Source: a virus | Lineage: Duplodnaviria; Caudoviricetes | Length of the DNA stretch: 64,000 nt | Reading direction: 5' to 3' (one strand) | Virus record (IMG/VR): IMGVR_UViG_3300009370_002257 | Coordinates: 1-64,000 of that record | Shown: piece by piece, positions 1 through 7,970 of the stretch | Layout of the letters: each line of letters opens with the position of its first letter | How positions within the stretch are numbered: position 1 is the first letter of the stretch | Position numbers and translations under genes: made by a program | The notes under the pieces: generated by a model | Told to the model about the DNA's origin: nothing | Database searches by the model: none | What the model saw: only the letters and a program-made list of their open reading frames with translations

Positions 1-827
1 GCACCAGCACAAAAGGCTTTGGCCACATCGCCAGCACATACGCACCCACCGTCAGCCATAATATGCCCACCAATCCCATGAGCAGCATCCGCGCATTCAA
101 TGACTGCGCTGAGTTGAGGGTAACCGACACCAGTTTGAATACGAGTAGTGCAGACAGACCCGCCGCCAATACCCACTTTAACAATATCTGCTCCACTTAA
201 TAATATCTCCTCTGTCATTTCGCCAGTGACGACATTCCCCGCAATAATAATAAGCGCGGGTTGCTCGTCCCTAACTCGTTTAATAAAATCACAAAACCTT
301 GATGTATACCCATTGGCTGCATCAATGCATACGAATCTATTATGGTAAAATTTCCATTGAATACTATTTAAATAATCTATATCATCCATTTTATTTGGAT
401 CATATTTGATACCAATAGAAGGGCAAAGGTGGTCATAAATTCTACTTTGCCAACTCTTTGCTCCTCGTTCGTATTTCCAAGCCCCTTCTCCAGAGTTAGC
501 CTCCTTTTGTTCTTGAGTTTTGTAAACCCCATAGCCATTCAGCTTGTGCGCCCACCTGTTTACATCGTTGTGCTTACTGATACAGGTAAGCATGTGGTAT
601 TGAGCAAGACTCTTGGCCACTTCAAATGTACCAACTGTATCCATGTTTGAAGCCACAATAGGTACTCCCTTCCAACTATAACCTTTGGGGTCTGCGCCTT
701 CACCACCGGCATTCTTGAAAGTAAACTCACGCACCAAGTCTACCTCCTTGCGGGATGTTAACTCTGAGCGCTTGGGGCGCAAGAGGACATCCTTGTAGTC
801 TAGCTTTATGTCTTCTTCAATCCTCAT
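1..827 (-). CDS. guaC: GMP reductase (3' end runs off the window start; not in ORF track)
   Basis: Manual translation from ATG at 827: [26 protein letters not shown]...[14 protein letters not shown]...[56 protein letters not shown]. These are GuaC motifs including the catalytic Cys in GSVCTTR. ATGA overlap with the upstream gene. Confidence 0.95.
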   Translation of the reverse strand, partial: MRIEEDIKLDYKDVLLRPKRSELTSRKEVDLVREFTFKNAGGEGADPKGYSWKGVPIVASNMDTVGTFEVAKSLAQYHMLTCISKHNDVNRWAHKLNGYGVYKTQEQKEANSGEGAWKYERGAKSWQSRIYDHLCPSIGIKYDPNKMDDIDYLNSIQWKFYHNRFVCIDAANGYTSRFCDFIKRVRDEQPALIIIAGNVVTGEMTEEILLSGADIVKVGIGGGSVCTTRIQTGVGYPQLSAVIECADAAHGIGGHIMADGGCVCAGDVAKAFCAG

Positions 828-1237
828 TCTTTCCAACCATCTTCGGGCTGCTCTAGGTCTTTATCTTTCGTATAGTCTGTAAAAAGTTCCTCCCCCTTTT
901 TAATCCCCCTTAAGGTTAGCAGGGATTTAGTTTCCCCTGTTGTTTTTATTTCGCAATTTTCTTTTATTTTTGAGTGGTTATACATGCAGTCCGGCACCAC
1001 GTTAGCCCAAGACTTATACTCTCTGCTCCAAACGTGGGTAACGTGTACCAATTGCCCCTTGGGTATATCTTGGTTGGCTATTAGGCCTTTTCCGTGGTGC
1101 TCGCTCTTATCCCAGTTGACCACCCCAAGGGGGACGGCGGGTCCAAGGTTACTGAATCGAACTGAACGAGATAAAGCCAAAAAGCAATCCGAGTCTGGTT
1201 GTATTTGCCAAAGGGGGGATTTATCACCCTTCTCCAT
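824..1237 (-). CDS. SET domain protein (putative lysine methyltransferase)
   Basis: [18 protein letters not shown] and [11 protein letters not shown] are SET signature motifs. Confidence 0.85.
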   Translation of the reverse strand: MEKGDKSPLWQIQPDSDCFLALSRSVRFSNLGPAVPLGVVNWDKSEHHGKGLIANQDIPKGQLVHVTHVWSREYKSWANVVPDCMYNHSKIKENCEIKTTGETKSLLTLRGIKKGEELFTDYTKDKDLEQPEDGWKE

Positions 1238-1373
1238 CGTATACTTTTTCCCAGCAATCTTTGCAGAGTTGCCCCGCGCACTCTACATAGTGGTAACGAT
1301 TATCTATGTGCTCGTTTTTATTATACGGCGTTTCTTCGCCGCATGAAACGCAATTATCTTTTTCGTCTTTCAT
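1224..1373 (-). CDS. small Cys-rich hypothetical protein
   Basis: Likely start MKDEKDNCVSCG at 1373; CxxC...CxxC pairs; overlaps the SET gene start. Confidence 0.65.
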   Translation of the reverse strand: MKDEKDNCVSCGEETPYNKNEHIDNRYHYVECAGQLCKDCWEKVYDGEG

Positions 1374-1377
1374 TTTA

Positions 1378-1524
1378 TTAAATAATATTAAATAATTTAA
1401 GAAGAATAACAACCTGAAGTATTAGAGTACAAAACGCTAGACAAGTTCTGCCTAATTCCATGATGTGATTGCAGCTATCAAGCTTCCGCTCTATGTTATA
1501 TAACCAGTCTGGAAGTATTCTCAT
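1378..1524 (-). CDS. small membrane hypothetical protein (48 aa, below ORF-track cutoff)
   Basis: Manual translation MRILPDWLYNIERKLDSCNHIMELGRTCLAFCTLILQVVILLKLFNII; fills the gap between neighbours; hydrophobic C-terminus. Confidence 0.6.
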   Translation of the reverse strand: MRILPDWLYNIERKLDSCNHIMELGRTCLAFCTLILQVVILLKLFNII

Positions 1525-1526
1525 AT

Positions 1527-2066
1527 TTAGCGAAGCTCCTTCCTGAGCAGTCTCCATCTATCGCTATCGATCTTCTTTGCACCGCTATCAATCTGCTGTA
1601 GCATATCTAACACCTCCTCGATAGAGTCGTAAATATAATGATGAGGAAGCATGCCCATCATCCATAAGGGGGTTTTAGTCTTTCCACCCTCCATTGAAAT
1701 AAAGATAGGCTTCTTCATTCTGACTGCGGTAACTATCTCTTCCGCGCTACCCCAGCTTGCAACGTCTGGTAAAAGGTGAGCTATAATAAAGTCAGACCTG
1801 TCTACTAAATTTAAGTCATAGCTCCTAATTAGCTTCATCCTGTTCGCTACGTCGCTGTAGTGACCATTTTCCATATCGTCGGCGATTTTCCCCCTTGTCT
1901 CTTCGCCCTCGTCGACATCTTTAACGAATGGTTTTTTGTATGGGTTAAAAACCGTGATATTCAGCTTGGAAAGCTCTTCCTCGGCATATTCCCTCCAATT
2001 ACGCCCATTGGCGTACTGCATGTGGCCGACCAGATAAGTTTTAGTTTTTTCTAAAAGGTTATTCAT
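1527..2066 (-). CDS. nucleoside 2-deoxyribosyltransferase-like protein
   Basis: TYLVGHM, VFNPY, DLNLVDRSDFIIA and SWGSAEE (catalytic-type Glu) follow the NDT/Rcl family pattern. Confidence 0.7.
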   Translation of the reverse strand: MNNLLEKTKTYLVGHMQYANGRNWREYAEEELSKLNITVFNPYKKPFVKDVDEGEETRGKIADDMENGHYSDVANRMKLIRSYDLNLVDRSDFIIAHLLPDVASWGSAEEIVTAVRMKKPIFISMEGGKTKTPLWMMGMLPHHYIYDSIEEVLDMLQQIDSGAKKIDSDRWRLLRKELR

Positions 2067-2272
2067 ACTTTAGATCTGTAGTATCTGTCCTCTTGTGAGG
2101 CTAATTTCGCAACGTGTTTGGCGAGGCGCTTTTTCTTGTACTTCTTAACGCTGGGCTTCTCATAGAATTGCCTTTCGTAGACATCTTTTAAGGTGCCTTC
2201 TCTGGCTACTTTTTTCTTTAGGACTTTGAGGGCTCTCTCTAGGGAGTTTCCCTTGACTGTTACTTCACTCAT
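2063..2272 (-). CDS. rpsU: ribosomal protein bS21
   Basis: VTVKGNSLERALKVLKKKVAREGTLKDVYERQFYEKPSVKK matches the bS21 pattern; 69 aa, basic. Confidence 0.9.
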   Translation of the reverse strand: MSEVTVKGNSLERALKVLKKKVAREGTLKDVYERQFYEKPSVKKYKKKRLAKHVAKLASQEDRYYRSKV

Positions 2273-2444
2273 ATTTTTTCTTCATCGCGTTATATAGTTT
2301 ATTTCTTATCTTCCTTGTGACAAAAACTGCTGTGGTGTTGTATTTCTTATCGTCGTAATCGCTTGAAGATTTGATTTTATGAATGTACTCTTCTTCAGTC
2401 TCTCGAAGAAGCTCCTGAATCTCTTTGTATGAGAGGTACCACAT
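2265..2444 (-). CDS. hypothetical protein (59 aa, below ORF-track cutoff)
   Basis: Manual translation MWYLSYKEIQELLRETEEEYIHK...NAMKKKYE; overlaps rpsU start; preceded by a GTGTAA motif. Confidence 0.6.
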   Translation of the reverse strand: MWYLSYKEIQELLRETEEEYIHKIKSSSDYDDKKYNTTAVFVTRKIRNKLYNAMKKKYE

Positions 2445-2450
2445 TCTATG

Positions 2451-2460
2451 TATTTTACAC
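2451..2460 (-). promoter_or_regulatory. GTGTAA-type putative phage promoter motif
   Basis: GTGTAAAATA lies 6 nt before ATG 2444; the same motif recurs before other starts. Confidence 0.45.
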
Positions 2461-2469
2461 TCATAATAT

Positions 2470-2856
2470 TTATTTTAAGTAATTCGAAGAAGAATAACCT
2501 TCTACTTTATTGAAAAGCAATACTTCTTTGGCGTATTCGGAGCCAATAACTTCCTCCTTCTTGTAGTCCGACCCCACTATCATGTATTCGGGAGAGATCA
2601 TTTTTACTAGATTGGCAAGCTCTTGGTCGGAGCCAAATGAAAACACTCTATCTACATATCTAATTGAGGAAATAAGCTCCATCCTGTCTTCGAGGGTGTT
2701 CTTTGGTCTATCTTTACCCTTCATGGCCTTGACTCGTACATCGGTGTCTAAGCCAACCACTAACTCTGCATCGAAAGATTCTTTCGCAAATTTAAATAAT
2801 TCAATATGCCCCCTGTGGAGAATATCAAAGCATCCATTTGTCCAAACTGTGATCAT
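2470..2856 (-). CDS. HldE/RfaE domain II-like sugar-phosphate nucleotidyltransferase
   Basis: TNGCFDILHRGH (HxGH), LVVGLDTD..V...KG..RP, GSDY, EGYSSS. Confidence 0.85.
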   Translation of the reverse strand: MITVWTNGCFDILHRGHIELFKFAKESFDAELVVGLDTDVRVKAMKGKDRPKNTLEDRMELISSIRYVDRVFSFGSDQELANLVKMISPEYMIVGSDYKKEEVIGSEYAKEVLLFNKVEGYSSSNYLK

Positions 2857-2904
2857 AGTGTATATCGTCCACCCTGAGTGGCTATTTTTCCGTCGGTTTA
2901 AAAT

Positions 2905-3417
2905 TCAATTTTTTAGGATTCTTTTAGCTTTAGACAGGGGTAGGAAGGCGTTATGTCTAAAAGCGACCCCGCCGTTGCAGGTGTCTTGGGTTTTCGTTTG
3001 TTCTACTTGGAAATCAAATAAAAATTTTCCAGTAGAATCTGTAATTTTCCAAGACAAAATCCAACTATCCTCCATAAGGTCTACTATAACAAGGTATGGA
3101 ACTTTCAGCAAGGAGGAAAGCTTTTGCCCGTCCACGATTTTGTGATGGGAAATTAAGTAAGTACCGGCGTCTTTTAGATAATCATAATCAAATTTTTTAC
3201 CACCCGCAGTTCTTCTAGACTTTATTTCAGCAATGCCTTGTAAAATTGGGGTTCCGTTGATCTCTTTGAGAATTAATCTATCGTTCGATACGCTTTTTCC
3301 GGACTGAGAGTCGGAGTATTTGGCTAGGGTGTACCCGTATTTTTCAGATAGGATATTAGCGACTTTATTTTCATTTCTAATAAAGGTTTTGCCTAGGGCT
3401 GTGTCGCAATCTAGCAT
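2905..3417 (-). CDS. hypothetical protein, possible PD-(D/E)xK fold
   Basis: D...AEIKSR pattern; has its own promoter upstream. Confidence 0.55.
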   Translation of the reverse strand: MLDCDTALGKTFIRNENKVANILSEKYGYTLAKYSDSQSGKSVSNDRLILKEINGTPILQGIAEIKSRRTAGGKKFDYDYLKDAGTYLISHHKIVDGQKLSSLLKVPYLVIVDLMEDSWILSWKITDSTGKFLFDFQVEQTKTQDTCNGGVAFRHNAFLPLSKAKRILKN

Positions 3418-3423
3418 ATCCTC

Positions 3424-3452
3424 ATATTACAGGCCATTTACGGGGTAGTCAA
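3424..3452 (-). promoter_or_regulatory. sigma70-type promoter with GTAA spacer motif
   Basis: TTGACT-accccGTAAatggcctg(17)-TAATAT, then 6 nt to ATG 3417. Confidence 0.75.
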
Positions 3453-3461
3453 GCTTTTATT

Positions 3462-3734
3462 TTAATAAAATTTGCCGCTAGCTTCGAGGTATTGCTTGGC
3501 CTTGTCTACGACCTCAATCTTTCGATTTGACTCCGCTAGTCTTCTGGTTTCTTTTGCGAGCTCGTTAGCGTGTCGGCCGTGGGGCTCCTCGATAATGGCA
3601 CACTGGGCAAACGGCGCTTTTTTGTAGTATAGAGAGTACCACGCCATCTCGTAACGACGAGCTAACTCTTGGTGTTCTTTATCAAGCTTTGGTTTGCGGC
3701 CTCGTTTCTTTTTTGATTTTTCTGGTTCGCTCAT
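3462..3734 (-). CDS. hypothetical protein with AT-hook-like motif
   Basis: N-terminal KKKRGRKPK. Confidence 0.65.
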   Translation of the reverse strand: MSEPEKSKKKRGRKPKLDKEHQELARRYEMAWYSLYYKKAPFAQCAIIEEPHGRHANELAKETRRLAESNRKIEVVDKAKQYLEASGKFY

Positions 3735-3742
3735 CTATTACC

Positions 3743-3771
3743 TTTGTACTATATATTTACAGTTAGGTCAA
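3743..3771 (-). promoter_or_regulatory. sigma70-type promoter with GTAA spacer motif (weak -10)
   Basis: TTGACC-taactGTAAatatatag(17)-TACAAA upstream of ATG 3734. Confidence 0.5.
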
Positions 3772-3798
3772 GGTTAATGGATGTATTTTATTTGCTAT

Positions 3799-4512
3799 TT
3801 ATAAAATATATTTTTGAAATTTTTCAGCCCACAGTTTTTCCAATAGATTCTCCCCGTCTTTGTTTGGTCTATCAAGGTGATATTTATCTTTCTTATCTGC
3901 TAATAGCTCTGGTAGGGCAACTCCGGTTTCGGGGTCTAGTATTTCATTGTTTATTCCGAAGCTTATGTAGTTATTTTCTTTTGCTACCTCGTCAAGTCTA
4001 GAAGTATAAAATAAAGTAAACTCTGTCATCTTTCTCAAGGCTTTGGCTGACCCCGCCGGACCCTCTATGTTCAGTAGCATGTTTGGTTCCGCGCTCTTTG
4101 ATAGGTGCGGGTGAAGTAACGCAATTCTTTCTGGCGGGAACCCTTTAAGGTTCGTTCGTATGAATTTAACCAAATTATTTGCAGACTGCGTTAGTGTTTC
4201 CTTCCAGTTTTTTAATCCTTTCTTGTGGGTTAGGCTCCTGCAGTCTATCTCGCCAAGCATAAAGCAAATAAAGTCCGCCGGTTTTTCTTTTAGGGCTGCG
4301 TGGTATACGGTACGCGGCGAGTTCATGTCTGGGGTTGGCTTGTCTTGTAAGAAATTCAGGAAAAAACTATTAGAATTAGACCTCGAGTCTGGGCTGTTTA
4401 TGCCGTGGGCTGTAGCGGATTGCCGTTTGCACAGCCTGATGTCTACATCGACGCCCGTCATCACTGACACACAGTGCGTATGGGAGTCCCCTAATAAAAG
4501 AGCTTTTTTCAT
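3799..4512 (-). CDS. SGNH/GDSL hydrolase-like protein
   Basis: LLLGDSH block I, GEIDCR block III-like, late D..YH; ATGA overlap with the sigma gene. Confidence 0.65.
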   Translation of the reverse strand: MKKALLLGDSHTHCVSVMTGVDVDIRLCKRQSATAHGINSPDSRSNSNSFFLNFLQDKPTPDMNSPRTVYHAALKEKPADFICFMLGEIDCRSLTHKKGLKNWKETLTQSANNLVKFIRTNLKGFPPERIALLHPHLSKSAEPNMLLNIEGPAGSAKALRKMTEFTLFYTSRLDEVAKENNYISFGINNEILDPETGVALPELLADKKDKYHLDRPNKDGENLLEKLWAEKFQKYIL

Positions 4513-5117
4513 GCCGCATTTTTCGTTTTAGCATTTTTTCTTGCGTAATAAATTCTGGACATCACTGTGCCGAGCGGGATTTGGAGTTGCTTGCTTATCT
4601 CCTCGTAGGTGATGTCATTATCTTCTAATATTAATTTTAAAACATTTTTATGATTTTTTGGTAAAGAGTCTATGGTTTTCTTAACTTTTTTCCTAAACTC
4701 TTCTTGTTCAAGGGGTTCGGTAACTACTTTCCCGCTCGTCGCACCGGTCAACTCTACTATTTGGGGTTTTTGTTGGAAGCCGTCGTCTTTCTCTGTCTGT
4801 GTTAGAGCCTCCCAAGAATACTCTGGTTTATTTTTTCTTTTTCTATATAAATCGAAGAAAGAATTTTTAGCTATCCTAATTGCCCAAGTAGAAAAGGCGG
4901 AGTCCCCTTTAAATTTACCTATATATTTCCAACACTTCAAGAACGTGGTTTGTTTGATATCTTGTGCGTCATGAAAGTTTTGCTTGCAAAGCTGTAAGAT
5001 CGAGGCTGTAATTTTCTCATCGTTGCGAAAGATTAGCTCTTCAAAAGCTAGGGCGTCACCCTTTTTAGACTTTCTTACTAGGGTTATTTCTTTGTATAAG
5101 TTATATGACTTCCTCAT
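4509..5117 (-). CDS. ECF-type RNA polymerase sigma factor
   Basis: GDALAFEEL, DAQDIKQTTFLKCW, FKGDSAFSTWAIRIAKN (region 2); SLP....VLKL....TYEEISKQLQIPLGTVMSRIYYARK (region 4). Confidence 0.92.
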   Translation of the reverse strand: MRKSYNLYKEITLVRKSKKGDALAFEELIFRNDEKITASILQLCKQNFHDAQDIKQTTFLKCWKYIGKFKGDSAFSTWAIRIAKNSFFDLYRKRKNKPEYSWEALTQTEKDDGFQQKPQIVELTGATSGKVVTEPLEQEEFRKKVKKTIDSLPKNHKNVLKLILEDNDITYEEISKQLQIPLGTVMSRIYYARKNAKTKNAA

Positions 5118-6256
5118 TACAAGATGTCCAGCCCGAGCTCCTCTAGTTTGGAGTTGAACTTCTCAAAGGGGATGTCTTTGTAGGTTAGCTTCGAGGGATA
5201 CTTGGTCCAATAATCCCTGTGTTGCTCTCTGTCTCCCTCTAGTTCTCCTTCAGCCATTAAGCTGGCCACGGCAGATATGGGGGAGGAGGTTGCTCTCTGC
5301 ATGGCGCTAAAATCATTTTGGGGGAAAACTACTAGCTCTTTGCTCCATTTGAGTCTTTCTCCTGAAAGCTTTGTTTTCATCAATACCATGTCCTTCGTCA
5401 TTTCTCCCAGCGCGCCATCTGGCTTCCTGCAGCCCCGTTTAAATATTTGTTTTAAGCAGTCATCATTCAACTCTGACTGACGTATTAGGAATTGAACCGC
5501 ATCTCTGTGCCCGATGTATCTGAGGGTTTTATATGAGCAATTCCTGACCCCCCTCTCCTTCATTGAGGCTATAGAGTGTGAAGCGCCGCCGCTAGTATAA
5601 AAGGCTTCAAGCTTTTTATCTAGACTCTTAAAGAAAACTTTTTCATACCCCCTCATACCGGGAAGGGTTAAAATATTACCGCTAGAAAGCACCTCGCAAT
5701 CATCCCTGTATTCATTTATTAAGCCATCTATGGACCAAGTTACTATATAATCTAGGGGGCGATTTACTTCCATTGTCGGAAGCCCGCCCACCATCATTTT
5801 TACATCGTCCACCTTACCGTGCATTTCGCTATAACCCCACTCAGCCATGATGTTGATCCATCCCGGAGCCAACCCCAAGTCTGTCATAACGGGAACTTTA
5901 GCTACTCCTTCTGCATGATTATTAATATTACGCGAAACATCAACTCTTCCACCTAAGTCGCAGTAACGGAATTCATTATCAATGCACCAATACCCAATCA
6001 TTTCTGTTTGGTGGTAGGGAAGGCTGCTGATTACTACGTCCGGCTTTTCTTTAAGAATAAACGTTTCCATCATCTTGTCGGCATTATTTTCGTCTGTCAA
6101 ATAAAACCGACCCGCATCTTCTGGGATATATTTTTTAAAACTAGCGGATGCCCCCTCATAAGAATCCATTCCTATGACATAATACCCCAATTTATTCATG
6201 CACCAAGCTATGGCTTGGCCCATTCTCCCTACGCCTAATACAGCAGCTTTTTTCAT
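5117..6256 (-). CDS. saccharopine-dehydrogenase family protein, most like L-lysine 6-dehydrogenase
   Basis: Rossmann GVGRMG; YCDLGG; DLGLAPGWINI; VGGLP...PLDY..TWSIDGLINEY; LEAFYTSGG; YKTLRYIGH. Confidence 0.85.
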   Translation of the reverse strand: MKKAAVLGVGRMGQAIAWCMNKLGYYVIGMDSYEGASASFKKYIPEDAGRFYLTDENNADKMMETFILKEKPDVVISSLPYHQTEMIGYWCIDNEFRYCDLGGRVDVSRNINNHAEGVAKVPVMTDLGLAPGWINIMAEWGYSEMHGKVDDVKMMVGGLPTMEVNRPLDYIVTWSIDGLINEYRDDCEVLSSGNILTLPGMRGYEKVFFKSLDKKLEAFYTSGGASHSIASMKERGVRNCSYKTLRYIGHRDAVQFLIRQSELNDDCLKQIFKRGCRKPDGALGEMTKDMVLMKTKLSGERLKWSKELVVFPQNDFSAMQRATSSPISAVASLMAEGELEGDREQHRDYWTKYPSKLTYKDIPFEKFNSKLEELGLDIL

Positions 6257-6259
6257 CAC

Positions 6260-6430
6260 TTAAAATATTACGGTTTTTATAAAATTGTTATTAATATCTA
6301 AGATCCACACAATGTCTCCCGCTTTGCAGTTTTTCGTCGGGACTATTTCTAGCTCCCCGTTCTTGTTCTTTATCGCTACGGTTTTATGGGTATGGCATAG
6401 ATATTCTTTTTTTGTCCTTTTGACTTGCAA
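6260..6430 (-). CDS. small hypothetical protein (56 aa, TTG start, not in ORF track)
   Basis: Open frame MQVKRTKKEYLCHTHKTVAIKNKNGELEIVPTKNCKAGDIVWILDINNNFIKTVIF exactly fills the gap between ALDH and the dehydrogenase. Confidence 0.5.
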   Translation of the reverse strand: MQVKRTKKEYLCHTHKTVAIKNKNGELEIVPTKNCKAGDIVWILDINNNFIKTVIF

Positions 6431-7969
6431 TTATTTCATTCCTTGAGGGAAGGTTAGTTCGTCCGCGTGGTTTACTGTCCAGCTAACCTCGTGCGTTACT
6501 GCTCTGAAGGTTCTTGCCGCACTCGGGAATCCGTTTCCGGATTTTTTAACCCCGCCAAACGCAAGGTGAGATTCGGCAGCGATAGAACCGCCGTTCCAGT
6601 AAATCATTCCTGCATCGCATTCATCTCGGAGGATTCGTGCTTTGCGAAAATCATTCGTAAGCACACCCACCGCCAAGCCATAGTCAGTATCGTTATAAAT
6701 ATTAATTCCATCTTCTAAAGTATCGAAAGGTATAATTGCTACGTGCGGCCCAAATACCTCGTCCCTAAGGTAGGGTGCTTGGCTTGCTTCGCGCCACTCA
6801 CTTTTATACACCATAGGGGTTGAATAAAAAGCCCTACCATTTACATCTTCGTATGTGGGCTCTAGTAAGACTTCTGCTTTCGGGTCTGCCAAGACCATGT
6901 CATTATACTCTTTTATTTTATTGAACCCCTGTCGGTTAATGATCGGCCCGTAATAGATATCTTCATCTGGCAGATAATCTTCCCAACAAATGGCATCTGG
7001 GGTTCCTGTCGAGCCGAAAACTTTGCGAAAGGGGTTTCCGGTTTTGAGCTTTGAGGCTTCTTGAGCGAACCTTCTGGCGAACTCGTCATAGATTGTTCTC
7101 TGTACCAACATCCTTCCGGAAGAAACGCAGCGCTGCCCTGAAAGCTTAAAGGCGCTAGCTACTGTGGCTGGCATGGTAAGGCTGTATTCTACATCGTCAA
7201 AAACAATACAGGCAGATTTACTTCCTAGCTCGCAGCTAGTAGTTTTATGCCAAGAGTCTGCAGCAACTCTACGAATATGTTGTCCGACCGCAGCAGAACC
7301 AGTAAAGCAAATATGATCGACACCAGCCCTAACCAGAACATCACCACTAGCCCCATCACCATGCACCAAATTAATGACTCCACGAGGCACGCCAGCTTCC
7401 TCATAGATTCGCACAGCCATTTGAGTTGACATCGGGGCATCTTCACTTGGTTTTATTACAATAGTGTTTCCTTCCACTAGCGCTGGGGCGGCATTCCAAA
7501 ACATCCCGATTGCCAGTGGAAAATTAAAAGGTGTTACAATAGCAATTACACCCTTGGGCTTACGAAGCATGTAGGCATCTTTGTCTGCGATTTCCGAAGA
7601 TACTGCCTCTCCGTGGGCGTACCTGCCCGATCCGAAAGCGAACTGAGCCATATGTAACGCCTCATTGACCTCTGCTATGCTTTCGTTAACGGTCTTGCCT
7701 GTCTCTAGGGAGATTACTTTCGCTAGTTCATCTTTTCTTTCCTCAATTATTTGGGCGACCCTATTTAAGTAGTCGGAGCGGGTGAAGCGGCTTACTTTTT
7801 TCCAAGTTTTAAAAGCTTCTCGCGCGGCGCTAACTGCTCTTAAAATTTCATCGTCTTGGGTAAGGGGGAATGCCCCTAAAGCCTTGCCCGTAGACGGGTT
7901 GAGCTTAGAATACATCGTCTCCGTACTCGTCCATTCCCCGTCTATGTAGTTTCTGCCTTCGTATTGCAT
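6431..7969 (-). CDS. NAD-dependent aldehyde dehydrogenase
   Basis: ITPFNFP, KPSE, FTGSAAVG, ELGSKSA (catalytic Glu), SGQRCVS (catalytic Cys), EVFGP, FGGVKKSGNG; likely start MQYEG at 7969. Confidence 0.95.
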   Translation of the reverse strand: MQYEGRNYIDGEWTSTETMYSKLNPSTGKALGAFPLTQDDEILRAVSAAREAFKTWKKVSRFTRSDYLNRVAQIIEERKDELAKVISLETGKTVNESIAEVNEALHMAQFAFGSGRYAHGEAVSSEIADKDAYMLRKPKGVIAIVTPFNFPLAIGMFWNAAPALVEGNTIVIKPSEDAPMSTQMAVRIYEEAGVPRGVINLVHGDGASGDVLVRAGVDHICFTGSAAVGQHIRRVAADSWHKTTSCELGSKSACIVFDDVEYSLTMPATVASAFKLSGQRCVSSGRMLVQRTIYDEFARRFAQEASKLKTGNPFRKVFGSTGTPDAICWEDYLPDEDIYYGPIINRQGFNKIKEYNDMVLADPKAEVLLEPTYEDVNGRAFYSTPMVYKSEWREASQAPYLRDEVFGPHVAIIPFDTLEDGINIYNDTDYGLAVGVLTNDFRKARILRDECDAGMIYWNGGSIAAESHLAFGGVKKSGNGFPSAARTFRAVTHEVSWTVNHADELTFPQGMK

Positions 7970-7970
7970 C

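Noticed and set aside
6260-6430. Hint/intein-like fragment in the small ORF (K.GD.V pattern)
   Set aside because: Too short and lacks the N-terminal Cys/Ser and C-terminal His-Asn; kept as a hypothetical ORF
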